A program made the translations under genes and the position numbers. A stretch of DNA of 61,576 bases, counting the filler, from Platydemus manokwari (taxonomy: Eukaryota), in NCBI GenBank assembly GCA_037951405.1. It is 5 parts of 5 records of this genome, joined end to end, with 100 filler letters (N's around TTAATTAATTAA, not from the genome) between each part and the next. Parts side by side here need not be neighbours in the genome. Positions count along the whole stretch, not along the records: positions 1 to 14,813 come from JBBMOY011388091.1; positions 14,914 to 28,190 come from JBBMOY011772506.1; 3 more parts are not named here. One strand, given 5' to 3'. Below the pieces are notes generated by a model, which did no database searches, was not told the origin of the DNA, and saw nothing but the letters and a program-made list of their open reading frames with translations. This document shows positions 13,804-25,559 of this stretch, in pieces. Numbering within the stretch: position 1 is the first letter of the stretch; every line of letters starts with the position of its first letter.

Positions 13804-14688
13804 GAATATTCAAAATATACAATGTAAATTTTGAATTACAGGAAAATTAGTTCTTTATATAATTAAATAAAAAGAAAATTGGCCATGCATGGGGGAGTCA
13901 TAATTTAATTTTACGGAAATTATCGTGATTTCTTAGACCTATGCGTTAGAACTTGTTGGGATTTTGATTCTGAATAACTCAATTATTACTGAATCCAAAA
14001 TCGAAGGTTGTAGCCTTTATTTCTTACTATAACAAAGTAATTACAATTAAAACTTCACTTCCAACAACATGCGTGCTACTCTGCATTTGTAATTTTTCTT
14101 TTTTACTATCCAGTAATTTAATACAATGCCTTAACACATTACCAAAACTTGACTTCCACCTGGCAGTTGGCCATCTTTACATCGGTATTTATACTCGAGA
14201 TATGTGTATAATTTTTGTGTCATGCTTATATAAATTTTGATTTGATCTTTGATTTGCTCTATTTCTGTTGAACTTATTGGTTTTGGTGCGTGTGATATTG
14301 GTCAATGTGTATGTCCCTTTTTCCAATCGTGGTTTTCCATCTAATTTCACTATGATTAGTTGATTGCCAAGCCTGTACGTTGTCCAAGTATGTAAATGTT
14401 TAAAGTGCTAAAACAAGAGTTCCCGGGTGCAAATTCGTTTGTCTTTTACAGAATTTTATCTCACTCAACAAACATATAATAATGTCTGTAGGAGAATCTT
14501 TAGTAAATGGTGATTTAAAAATGTCAATTTTTGTCGACTTAAAATTAGATGTGAGTATTATTATGTAGAGATGATTAAATAGATAGTAAGATCATTTTAA
14601 ACTTTTAAAATCGACTTTCTACATCAGACAAGCATTGTAGAAAACACAGAGACCAAATATACAATCAGTGATAATAAGAGAGAAATTA

Positions 14689-14813
14689 TTAGGTTGGTGC
14701 AAAAATAATGGCCTTTTTTAAATTGGCTTTTCATTGTTAAATATTAAATTGAAGATCTTATGAAAATTATTCATATAATATATCATTTTAAAGCTTTCTT
14801 TGTGCTCTGTTGT
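14689..14813 (+). mobile_element. Mariner terminal fragment (Hsmar1/cecropia-like TIR) at contig end
   Basis: TA followed by TTAGGTTGGTGCAAAAATAATGGC, close to the Hsmar1-type ITR TTAGGTTGGTGCAAAAGTAATTGC; runs into the gap. Confidence 0.8.
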
Positions 14814-14913
14814 NNNNNNNNNNNNNNNNNNNNNNNNNNNNNNNNNNNNNNNNNNNNTTAATTAATTAANNNNNNNNNNNNNNNNNNNNNNNNNNNNNNN
14901 NNNNNNNNNNNNN
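14814..14913. other. Artificial contig linker
   Basis: 44 N + TTAATTAATTAA (stops in all six frames) + 44 N; identical at four places. Confidence 0.97.

Positions 14914-14985
<72 letters not shown>
14914..14985. repeat. (TAT)n microsatellite
   Basis: Direct reading. Confidence 0.95.
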
Positions 14986-14987
<2 letters not shown>

Positions 14988-15070
14988 TAAGATCATAATA
15001 AGTTTTATAGTTAATTTTCTTTAATAACACTCATAAAATAATTTGAATTTTATTAACCGTTTTCACATAC

Positions 15071-15185
15071 TTCTTTAATTGCACAATACGAACCGGAAGA
15101 CGCTTTTTTCCTTTTTGCCTTATATACTGACCCAAAGGCACCAGATCCCAATAATTCCATATTATATGACCAAACTTAAGTGTTC
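15071..15185 (-). CDS. Isolated protein kinase exon (subdomains I-II), NEK10-like; 5' part apparently frameshifted
   Basis: ttttcag acceptor and GTATGT donor bound MELLGSGAFGSVYKAKRKKASSGSYCAIKE (cf. NEK10 LGSGAFGCVYKV..AMKE). Reading this frame from the acceptor hits TAA. Confidence 0.6.
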
Positions 15186-16758
15186 CTGAAAATTAGCACA
15201 CTGTGGAAAATATCAATGTAAATCAATAAATATCAAAATGGATAAAAAATGTTTCAAAAAAAACAGTTACAAACGGTTGAACACAGAATGCAGAAAACAT
15301 GATGTAATGACAAAGAACAAAAGGTAATATATGTTATTAAAATTGCAAGAAAAAGGTCATGTTGGGCTGTGGATGTTTAAAATGATGTTAACAAATCATC
15401 AACGTGAGCTCGTATTAAATGATTTATTATTATCTTATCTTTAATAAGCACAAAGTAACAACACAAATTATTTTATTTAAATGAAATCATAATACACTCA
15501 GGTTAACTCAATCAAACAATTTTACAAATGGGCTTAGTGGTCTTACTGAGAGAATTTTAAGAATATTGATTTTTAACTGATTATTTATTATATAACCAAA
15601 AAATCTGATCTTTTTGGCGTGCTTATTCAATTATTTAAAATAATATTTTACCAAGAATAATTTCGTTTGCTTATTTTCTAAAAATTTTAAGATGCTTTTC
15701 AAAGATTTATTGTGACTAAATTTTTGTGGGATATTTACCGATTTTTTCATTGTAACAAAATTTCGTAAAATATTTAGCTTTAATTGAATCGAGTGCTGAT
15801 CCTTTAAAATTATTTTAAAGTCAACTTATATAGTCGTTTGGTACTTTGTACTCACAATCATTCACTCAAGTTTAATATTTTTGATATTTTACACCGTAAC
15901 TTTTTATGGAATTTTAGAACAACAAATTATGGCATTTAAATTTATTGTAGAAATATAATATTTATCCCATAAGTAGTGATAAAGATAAAAAGCATAGAGA
16001 AATTTGGGATAAAGATCATATTATTTTATTTGCAATCAACATCAAGTACCATAGAAAACACAATACAAAAGCATAAAATTTAAAATGACACCTGAATGTA
16101 AATAAATACTTAACAATATTAAATTTATCAGTTAATAAATCAGTTTAGAAAAATTATATTCGATTCTAAAAAGATTTTGACAAATGACTAATTCAAATAA
16201 AGTTTTCGAAACTTTTAATTAAAAAAATCAAAAAATACAAATCAATCTTCTTGTCTGAACGTACCATTAAAAATTTTTACATTAATATTCATTTTACGAA
16301 ATAAATAACATTCGATAGAAAAAGTTTTGATCATAACCATAATTTTTCCAATTAACATATTGGACTGCAATCAAATCTCCCAATTGTAAAAATGACCACA
16401 CAAAAATAAACAGCAACCAAACACAACTAATCATTATAACTCGATTTTTTGGTTCTGTTTTAAACTTCTGTTTATTGAAACAATGACATGTCTTATTAAA
16501 AATGACAAGAACAAACTCACCAATGTTTCATATTTTCATGCTAAATAAAAACTTACAAATCAAAGTATGTTCCACAGTGACAATTGACAAAAATGAAGCA
16601 CATCTCAGTTATTTATTAATCAAACAAAAAAGTCAATATCCACCATATTAGAAATTAAAAATTTCCATAGTGTGACCGGAAATTTTAAAATGTTTTTACA
16701 GAGCTATATTTATAGATTTTCAATAAACTAAACGATATTTAAAGAATATTAGGACACA

Positions 16759-19700
16759 TCATTGTTCAATCTCTTCTGTTAATAACTTCGACCGAGAAAG
16801 GAAAGAATATGTTATGGTGGAATGGTGGCTTTGTGATTCATTGATATCGTTATAATCAGTAAACTTATCTTTGGTTATATTGAGAGAGAAAGCTGGAAGA
16901 GAAGAAATATGATGATCTAGAATTGAATTCCATTGATGATTAGACAAAGTAGGACGAGAATGAATGACAAAAGCCATAACATGGACACCGACAATAATGC
17001 TCATATATGCCACAACACATCCCGCAATTACCTGAATGCGAACATGTTTTAATAAGTGAATGCATACTAGTAGTAATTAAAAATCAATGTTAATAAAAAT
17101 GATTGTTGAATAACATTGAATTATTTGTTTTAAATGATGAATTTACCCCGATCGTTCTATAGTAAATGATCAACGTTTGGTTTATCACCAAATTTACGGT
17201 GGTTATATGACAGATATTCTAACATGGGCTAGAATTACGGTTTTGAGAAAAATAGGAGCAATAAAACAATAAAAAGGATTTCGATCAATATAAGAGGTAA
17301 AAATTTGCTAATTAATGGATATGGTAAATTTATTACCCATAATGTGCTGTCACGAAAAAACATATGAAATGATAGATTTAAAAAAATATTATATAACTAA
17401 TAATTTTAAATATTATATATTTAAGATAAACGAATGTAAGTTTTCAATGAAATTTATTGTATGATGAATGACAACTATGAGGATAACTTAGAAACCACTG
17501 ACGCACTATTAACGTGATATTTATCATTGTGCTCGTAGTTCTCATTCACCATACATTAAAATTCATTGAAAACTTACATTCGTTTATCTTATAATATCGG
17601 GCGATAGTTTTTGGACACCCCGTAAAAAAATTTCGTATAAATATTAAATTTTAGTATCAGAATGAACTCAACAAGAAATCAGCTTTCGAGGAAATGACAA
17701 GATGAAGCCAGCAACAGAAATATTAGTTAATCAAAAACGAATTAACGTCAGTATATGCTGTTATTATATATTCGGTCAAACTCAGCCAAATAGAACTCTA
17801 GCAAAAGTCATTATGCTTTAAAAAGTTGCGAATATTAAAAACCTAAAGAACATAGACACCAGCCTAAATGAATCATATTTAATCTTTATTAATATTAATA
17901 GCGTTAAGATGTTTGCTTTTGATATGAGAACACCACGCAACTCTTAAACAATAAAATTGTTGTAGGCTGTCATTGTTGAAAAAAGTTCTCAATTTAATTA
18001 ATATGAAGAAGCACAAAATTTCAAATATTTTCCGGATAAAACAATTTTTTCCTTTTTTAATCATGGCTATCAATTTGAAACAAATGCATAAAGCTAAATT
18101 ATACAATTTAAACGTTGGATATAAGCATAAATGAATTTAATTTGAAGTACAGGATTTATTAATAATATTAATCGACATAATTAGCACAATCTTCCACTTT
18201 CATAGATATTTTGTATGGAACTTGGTGAAAATCAAAGGGTTTTATTTATAATTTTAGGAAATATTCATTATAAACATATATCAGTCAACCAAAAACCCTT
18301 AATAATTGTCACTACTAATCAGTAATTTAGTTGAAGATAGATCTTATGGAATAAATATTGAGGACAAATTAAATGTGAAGTTATATATCCTACAAACTGA
18401 TCCAGTACAATAATATAGAGGTTCGATATTGTAATTGTAAAATAAACAACACATATGTGAAGCTTGTAACAGAAAACTATTAATTAAAGTTTGGGAAATT
18501 TTACAAAAATAATAATGATTATCATTAAGAATTTATAAATAATAGTTCATATATTTTATAAACCTTAATGATAATATAAATGATTTCTCACAAAAGGCTT
18601 GATTTTACCACCATATTTCACATACAAGTGCAAGTTAGTCATGTAAATCGTGTATAATAAGTTGTTGTTCGATAAGATCAAAACAACATTTTCGTACATC
18701 CCTTTTACTTCGACAGTCTTCACCTGTAATATTTGTAACATTGTGAAAGTATTCAGAATTATCTACTTCGTAAAATATAAAAAAAATAAAACTTTTTGAA
18801 AATGATTTGGAATATATTTTAAAAAAAATCCATAATCATGACCCAGCCAGATTAATTTCAACACAAACAATGCCATATCTGTATGTATATAGTTTTGAAC
18901 ATGATATCAACTAGAAATAATAATTACATTGAATAAAATTAGCCCATCATATAAAAATTTCCAATATGTTTTATGACAAAAACATGGCTAAATTGTTGGT
19001 TAAATTTGTACGAATTTTTGAAATGAATTATATAATAATTGAAACGGTTAAAATTTTATGTTTTTTTTAATTTTAATAATTAATTAATTATTAAATAAGT
19101 TATTTAAAAGTATTATTTTTCCTATTATTTATAAGCAATTATCATTAAAATAAACTGGAAAATTTTTGAATTATAAAAATATTTTACATGTAAGTGGTGA
19201 ACAAAATTATTCGATTAAGTCATAAAATCGGAACCGGTGCTGGATATATTTTTATTTCAGTTTTCCGGCCCTGATAAATATTGTCGATAAAAGATTAAAA
19301 TATAATCTTGATTATGAAGTTATTCTTGTTTCATTACAATTTCTCGACTACAAAATCGGGATTTAATTAAGAAAATGATCCCTTTGACTTATTCTCAATT
19401 TTCGCACATGAGGAAATATTACAATCTAATTTTATGAATATTTTTATCAGATTTCATGTAAACATCAATTATTAAAATTATTTTAAATTTCAGATCAAAA
19501 TTGCATGAATTACGTGTTCTACATTACTGTAATTTTAAACACCTGGGTTTCGAAATTTGTTTAAGCAATTCGAATCGTTGACAGCACCTTGTTCATAACC
19601 GAAGTTTGGAAGCCAATAACCAAATTGTTAAACCAAGTTCCTATTCTATTCATAACACTTCTATTGGATATTTTGATTTTGTAAATATAATTTTTTTCTA

Positions 19701-21691
19701 ATTATAAATATACTTAGTAAATTCTTGGTATGTTTAATTATCTAATGCTACTTGCTTATTTAAAATAATTGTAAAAATTTAGAGCATTTTTCAATTTGCG
19801 TCTAATATTAAAAGAAGACAATCCTCACCGATTTTCAATAAATTTCAATTTGACCTAATTTTACCGCTTGTTGAAATAATCAAATTTTACGAGATTTTGA
19901 AGCTATAACCTATTTAATATTTGATTTCAAAACAATTAAAATTTTTCTTAAGCACTTAAATAAAAAATTCGAAATGTTTTTAAAAAATATAGATTTTTGC
20001 AATTCACTCCACAAATTAAAAAGTTTATTTTAGAAATTCTTTTCATGACTATGAGCGAAAATTGCATGAATTTCATCTGAAACAACTACAATATTGATTT
20101 ATGGTTTTATCGATTGATTGGTCCTTTATAAAATCATAAGTCGAAATATTGGTCATCTCAAATATTTCACATTAATAAAAATGTTAATCATTTCAACAGC
20201 AAAATCTCAAATGGGTTTTGAAAATTCAACACACACACACACATTATCTGTCATGGAGAAGACGGTAAAAATTATATCATCCGTTATATTGAAGGTGAAT
20301 ACGACAAAAATCGTATATTCGGTCATGGACCAATGAAATCACTACTCATTCATTTACACAAGAAAATAAATCAAATATTTTGAGTGTTCTACTTGCGGTA
20401 CACGGAAATTCATTTCATAGCACCATGCAACCAAATATTATTTGCACGGTGGCGAGCCAGCGGTACACGGGAATAATAATGATAATAGGGTCACATTAAA
20501 TATTGTAGTATGACAGTGAATCCGGAATAAGGATTAAGTTCACGAGACATGCCATAGGCACACACCAATAATGATTTTACGACGTAAAGAGCGCACACAC
20601 ACAAAAATGAATCCAAATTGTACTGATGCACACAACGTATTACCTGAATGTCACACACACACACACACTATCGGATATTAAAAACCCATTATAAAAAATT
20701 TTTAAGTGATTCTTTTCAAACTAGTTTCCATTCTGCCGAAAAATTATCGTGAAAACTCGTCAAATATCATCTCCGCCCAACAAACACACAACCAAAAATC
20801 ATTCAACCGTACAATACCATTATAAGAGATTTTCATAAATAAGTATATTAATTAACTCACTTTGCATATCATCTCAATAAACGCCAGAACATTTTTATCA
20901 TTATCATTCATATTGTGATGGATAATGATCAATTCACGATATGTCGATCCATGAATCAGATGTGAATTCCAGCAAGTTGTCGCCAAATAAACACATATTT
21001 TCTGTTTCAATTCTAAAAATTCCGAAAGCTCCACATGTAATCGCCAATCCTAAATATTAATGACAATTACAATCAACTCCAAATCGTCATCAATCATTTA
21101 GACCATTGCATTTAAAAAATCAATTTCCAAGGCATTAATCTCCATATTTTCTTTTCCGAAATCTTCAGCCCATTCTTCATTGACCACATTTTCCTCCGTA
21201 CCATCATCAAACAAATATTTCGAAGCTAACATCTTAAAATTGCATGAGTTTCTTAATTTATAAATGTAATATTAACCATGGATATTAAAAACAAATCAGC
21301 TGAAGTAAATGAAGATAATCTCGTATTATTGACTTCTTTTCGTTTCTTGAATCTCTTAATGTACATTAAAGCAGTCAACATAGCTTCTGGGCTTAGTTCA
21401 CGCTTTCTATAAATAATGTTAAATATAATGGTCAAAGTATTCATTAGGTAATTATTTACAATAAAAAATCGCATGCAGTAAACATATCAATACGTCCCAA
21501 ATCTCTTTCGATTGCATCATTGGTTAAAGATACTGTTAAGTCTATATAAAAATTAAAGTAAATATAATTTTCACAAAAACAAAACCAGTGAATGGTAAAA
21601 ATTGCTCATATGTTGGAAATGTGTTTTTACTGCAATTAAATGCAGATTTTGATGATTCGAATATTTCTATTTCGTTGAAAAATGATGACAT
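16759..21691 (-). CDS. CNPPD1: Cyclin Pas1/PHO80 domain-containing protein 1
   Basis: Exons 21691-21586, 21541-21460, 21406-21277, 21232-21104, 21049-20861, 17031-16759, all GT-AG and in phase. Motifs SPEAMLTALMYIKR, SADLFLISMMLASKYLFDDGTEE..NEEW, INALEIDFLNAMDW, TYREL and hydrophobic VVAYMSII..VIH match CNPPD1. Confidence 0.92.
17422..17623. mobile_element. Fold-back repeat plus Tc1/mariner-like terminus in CNPPD1 intron 5
   Basis: ~60-bp imperfect inverted arms 17422-17482 and 17531-17591, then TTTTTGGACACCCCG-TA (reverse: TA CGGGGTGTCCAAAAA). Confidence 0.65.
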
Positions 21692-22628
21692 CGAAATATT
21701 TCAAATAAAATATTTATTTTAAGATAAATCAATGATACGATTTGATAAATATAATAATTAATGTTTTTAAACAAACATTACAATAAGTTATTAAATTCAA
21801 AATCATAATTTTACATTAGATAGTATATATTTCTTGAATAATTAGTAAATGTTTCAAGTAATTTAAATATAAGATAAATAATCAAATAATTTTAACATTT
21901 CTTTGTTAAGATTTAATAAATTTCAAGGTAAAGACTGATTAAGTTTTTGCTTATTTATACATTAGTTTCAGAATTCTTATATTTTATAGCTTAATTTCAG
22001 CTAGTATTGTCAGATAGTTTAAAAATAATTAGAACTATTTGTTAATTTTATATTGAAAGAATAAAACAGTAATGATAGGGAATAATAAAACATTTAACAT
22101 GCGTAAAAAATGTCATCTTGCACAAAATTTCGAATTCCCTGTTAAAAATATTTTATCATGGCACTACGCAGAAAACTCAATTTGAATTGAAATTAAATCT
22201 CTTATGAGTAATTTCTTAGAATGCAAAAACATTAATTAGATCGTGTGACGTAAGTCTTGAAACTCAACAAGCAAATTGAACTAATAAATAACTAGAAATT
22301 CGATTATTCTGACTTTTCCAATATTTTTTTAAAAGATTTTAAAACGCAGAATCTTGAACAAAATGATAAACGAAATAGTTTCTAAGTGTCGAGTTTTTGA
22401 AAAAAGAAGGATAATAATCTAAAATAAATAAACAAAATTTAATGTCAACGAAGTTTATTAACTTAAAATAACGTGACAAATTAATATTGTGCAATAATAA
22501 AATTGTTAATTTTCTAAATGATAATATTTCTAATTATAATAGAAAATGATTGTTTTAATCTCTCAACTGTCACAAGATAGATGTAATACTTTAAAATACT
22601 TGTTCAGAATCTATCGTTGATAATTTAA
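21692..22628. promoter_or_regulatory. Divergent (head-to-head) intergenic region between CNPPD1 and RNF5-like gene
   Basis: Start codons at 21691 (-) and 22629 (+), ~0.94 kb apart on one contig. No specific motif assigned. Confidence 0.5.
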
Positions 22629-23024
22629 ATGGCATTTCATCAAAATTCACAAAATGAACAAAGTAATGATCAACTCTGATATTATAAATATAATTTTGAT
22701 TACCAGTTAATTCAAATTTGGATTGTAACATATGTTTGGACCCATCTACTCAATCCGTAGTTAGTTATTGCGGTCATGTATTTTGTTGGCCTTGTATATA
22801 TACTTGGATGGAAGTACAAAATAGAGAATCTTTTGCAAGTGAAAATATCTGTCCAGTTTGTAAAGCTATTATTAATCGAGATAAAGTTGAATATTATATT
22901 GAATGAATTAGAATAACTTAATAAATAGTTAATACCTATATATGGTCAAAACTCCGATAATGTGGACCCAAGAAATATAGTTCCTCCTCGTCCTTTGGCT
23001 CAATATTCTGAACAGCAATTAAAT
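22629..23024 (+). CDS. RNF5/RNF185-family C3HC4 RING E3 ligase, exons 1-3 (3' exons uncertain, possibly to 25190)
   Basis: Exons 22629-22662, 22707-22885, 22929-23024: CNICLD..VVSYCGHVFCWPCIYTW..CPVCKA.I.RDK-LIPIYG..DPR..PPRP. Candidate hydrophobic last exon ~24949-25190. Confidence 0.88.
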
Positions 23025-23494
23025 GTAATTATTATTTAATGATAACTTATAGAATATTTTTAACTTAAATTCTTATTATTTTTATGAAATTAGCGTTTTT
23101 TAATATTCTACTAAATCAAATAATATTTAATTTTGGTTTTTAAACATTATGACTGGGTAATATTGTAGTTATTTTCTATTTTTAAATTAATAGATAATTT
23201 TAAATGTTATTTTTCACGGTGAACATTAAATTATAAATATATTTCTATTTCTGAGGGATATAGTGGTGTAATTAAGTGATTTGTGAATGTAAATGGTATG
23301 GTCTTGGGTTTGAATTATTAGTGGATTCGTGCTGGTATCAGATATTGATGAGCAAAAAGGACTATCGGTTGACTAACTGTTGGAATTAGCAAAGTTTCAA
23401 ATATGAAATCCTTTAATCCATGCACCCTTTATCATGCATTATATTTTAATGTTAATACTTGTTATATTAAAAGTTAAAAAATATTAAATGTTTC

Positions 23495-24064
23495 GGATCA
23501 GTTGAAGAATCTCACGCCCCCACAACATTAAGCACTTGAAAATCTCCACTCATAAATTAATAAAAAAAATAAACAAAATATTAAAATATTTGAGCTTATA
23601 TATGAATTCCATTGGCTTATCGAAGTTCAATGAATGATTAACTGTTCTGTGAGTAAGTCCAAGATTTTCCCAGTTCCTTTAGGATCTCCATTTGTCCTTG
23701 TGAATAATGAGCCTAGGTCGTACAATTGCTTGAATAATGAATAAAAGTGTGTCCGCATCTCTTTTATCCACAGTTTACCTCACTTGCTAAAAGGTTATGG
23801 TGTTTTAACCAATTGATAACGAGTAAAGTATCTTCACACAAAATAGAAAGAAGTACATCTTGAGAAGTATTTCGATCCATGGCTAGAAATTAAAGAGTAT
23901 TTAAAATTAATTAAACTAAAACAAACAAGATTTAATATAAGTAGATGTTTAAAACACAATAGATTAATTGAATATGTGCAAATGAAGAATATCCACACCA
24001 ACTTGAATCAATTGAAGAATCTCTCTCCTAGATTTGTTCAGTGGGGAGATTCTTCAATTGATCC
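23495..24064 (-). mobile_element. Merlin (IS1016-like) DNA transposon deletion derivative, copy 2, both ends present
   Basis: TIRs GGATCAGTTGAAGAATCTC / GAGATTCTTCAATTGATCC; 8-bp TSD AATGTTTC / AAGGTTTC (7/8). Transposase remnants INWLKHHNLL and KRDADTLL.IIQ.IVRP..IIH.D.WRS*....LGLTHRTVNHSLNF. Confidence 0.9.
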
Positions 24065-25559
24065 AAGGTTTCTATTAAAACCAATTAAAAAAACGGTCTT
24101 CTTTCATTATACAAATTTCTATTATCGACTACTTACAAACCCAGTAATATTAATAATTTAATATGCAAATGATGGCCAAACTTTTTAATAACGTGATCAA
24201 TTTTATATTTATTAAAATTATTAAGTTAAACAATTTTATTGTTTTTTGTGATGGATAAGCTGGTAACGAACCGATACGTGCAGTTATTATCAACTTAGTA
24301 GTAAGTAACGGAGGAGTTGCCGTGTTTTTGTATCCACCTAACAAGATTCGATATTCTATTTGATACTGATGAGTAGAAAATGCTATGAAATCGACTACTT
24401 GTTGATATTGTCAATAGTTCAATACATAAAACCGTTGTAAGACAGTTTTATAAGTATTTTTATGAATCACAATATATATATGTATGTGATTATATATTAT
24501 TAACATTACATATTATTTATAAAGATGTGTTTGAGTTTGTGGAATTGTTCAAGAAATTTCTTTTTTATTTCCAATATTTATGTACTAATTATAACTTTCA
24601 TCTAAAAATAGCTCTATCTTATTTAATTTTTGATCAATAAGTGACCTAATTTGTGTTATTAGAAAGTCTGTGAATGAATGAATGATCTTTATGAGAATTA
24701 AGTAATTTTGGTCGAATTTAGCTAATTGGAAAATGAGTTTTCTCCACTATTAAAATTCTTTATTTAAAATTGCAATCATCTTGATAGAAGGTTTATAAAC
24801 ATTAATTAGGTTACCGCTTTTCAGTCAATGAGATTCTGAAAAGGTTCTTATAAATAATTTAGATAATTATATATTTGTTTTGTATAACTGAACCATTTTT
24901 TGGTACTCTAAAGCCTTTCTTTATAATTCAATAATTTCAATAAACAAGATCAAATATCAAACTGGATCGACCGGACAGAACATGGGGCTATACGTGATGT
25001 GCAACTAACTTTGACAAAGCTTGCTTTAGAAACTATTTATCTATTAAATGTAGTTATTTTATTTGTTAAGACTATTTCTGTTGAAATTATAACAAAAAAT
25101 TATATTTCCAGACATTTAGCATTAAAATATTTATATTCACATTCTTATTCAATGAAAGATAAAAATTCTTGTCAAAAATTATTGTATTGACCAATGAAAG
25201 ATAATTGGTAATAGCCAAGGCTATTTTAATATTCAATAGCATATTTTTGAACATTATTTGGCGCTAAATAAGTGATTTGATGATATCTATGTGAATAAAT
25301 TGTAATATCGTTGATCTTTAAGATTATATATAATAAATATTTCATTATAAATGTAAATATATTGTATATTGTGTTTTTTTATTTTGTCATTCATAACATT
25401 TATTCATTTGAACCTTTTTATTTAGTCTTTTATGTATTATTATCATTCAAAAAGCCTTTAAATAGGTTTTAAATGAATTTTCCAAAAAAATATTTTTTCA
25501 AATCCATTCATCTTCATATCTGATTTATCATTTATTTATCATTTTTATAATTAAGATTT

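Noticed and set aside
16759-17031. Separate lipid-phosphatase-like membrane gene
   Set aside because: Splices in phase to CNPPD1 exon 5 and matches its hydrophobic segment.
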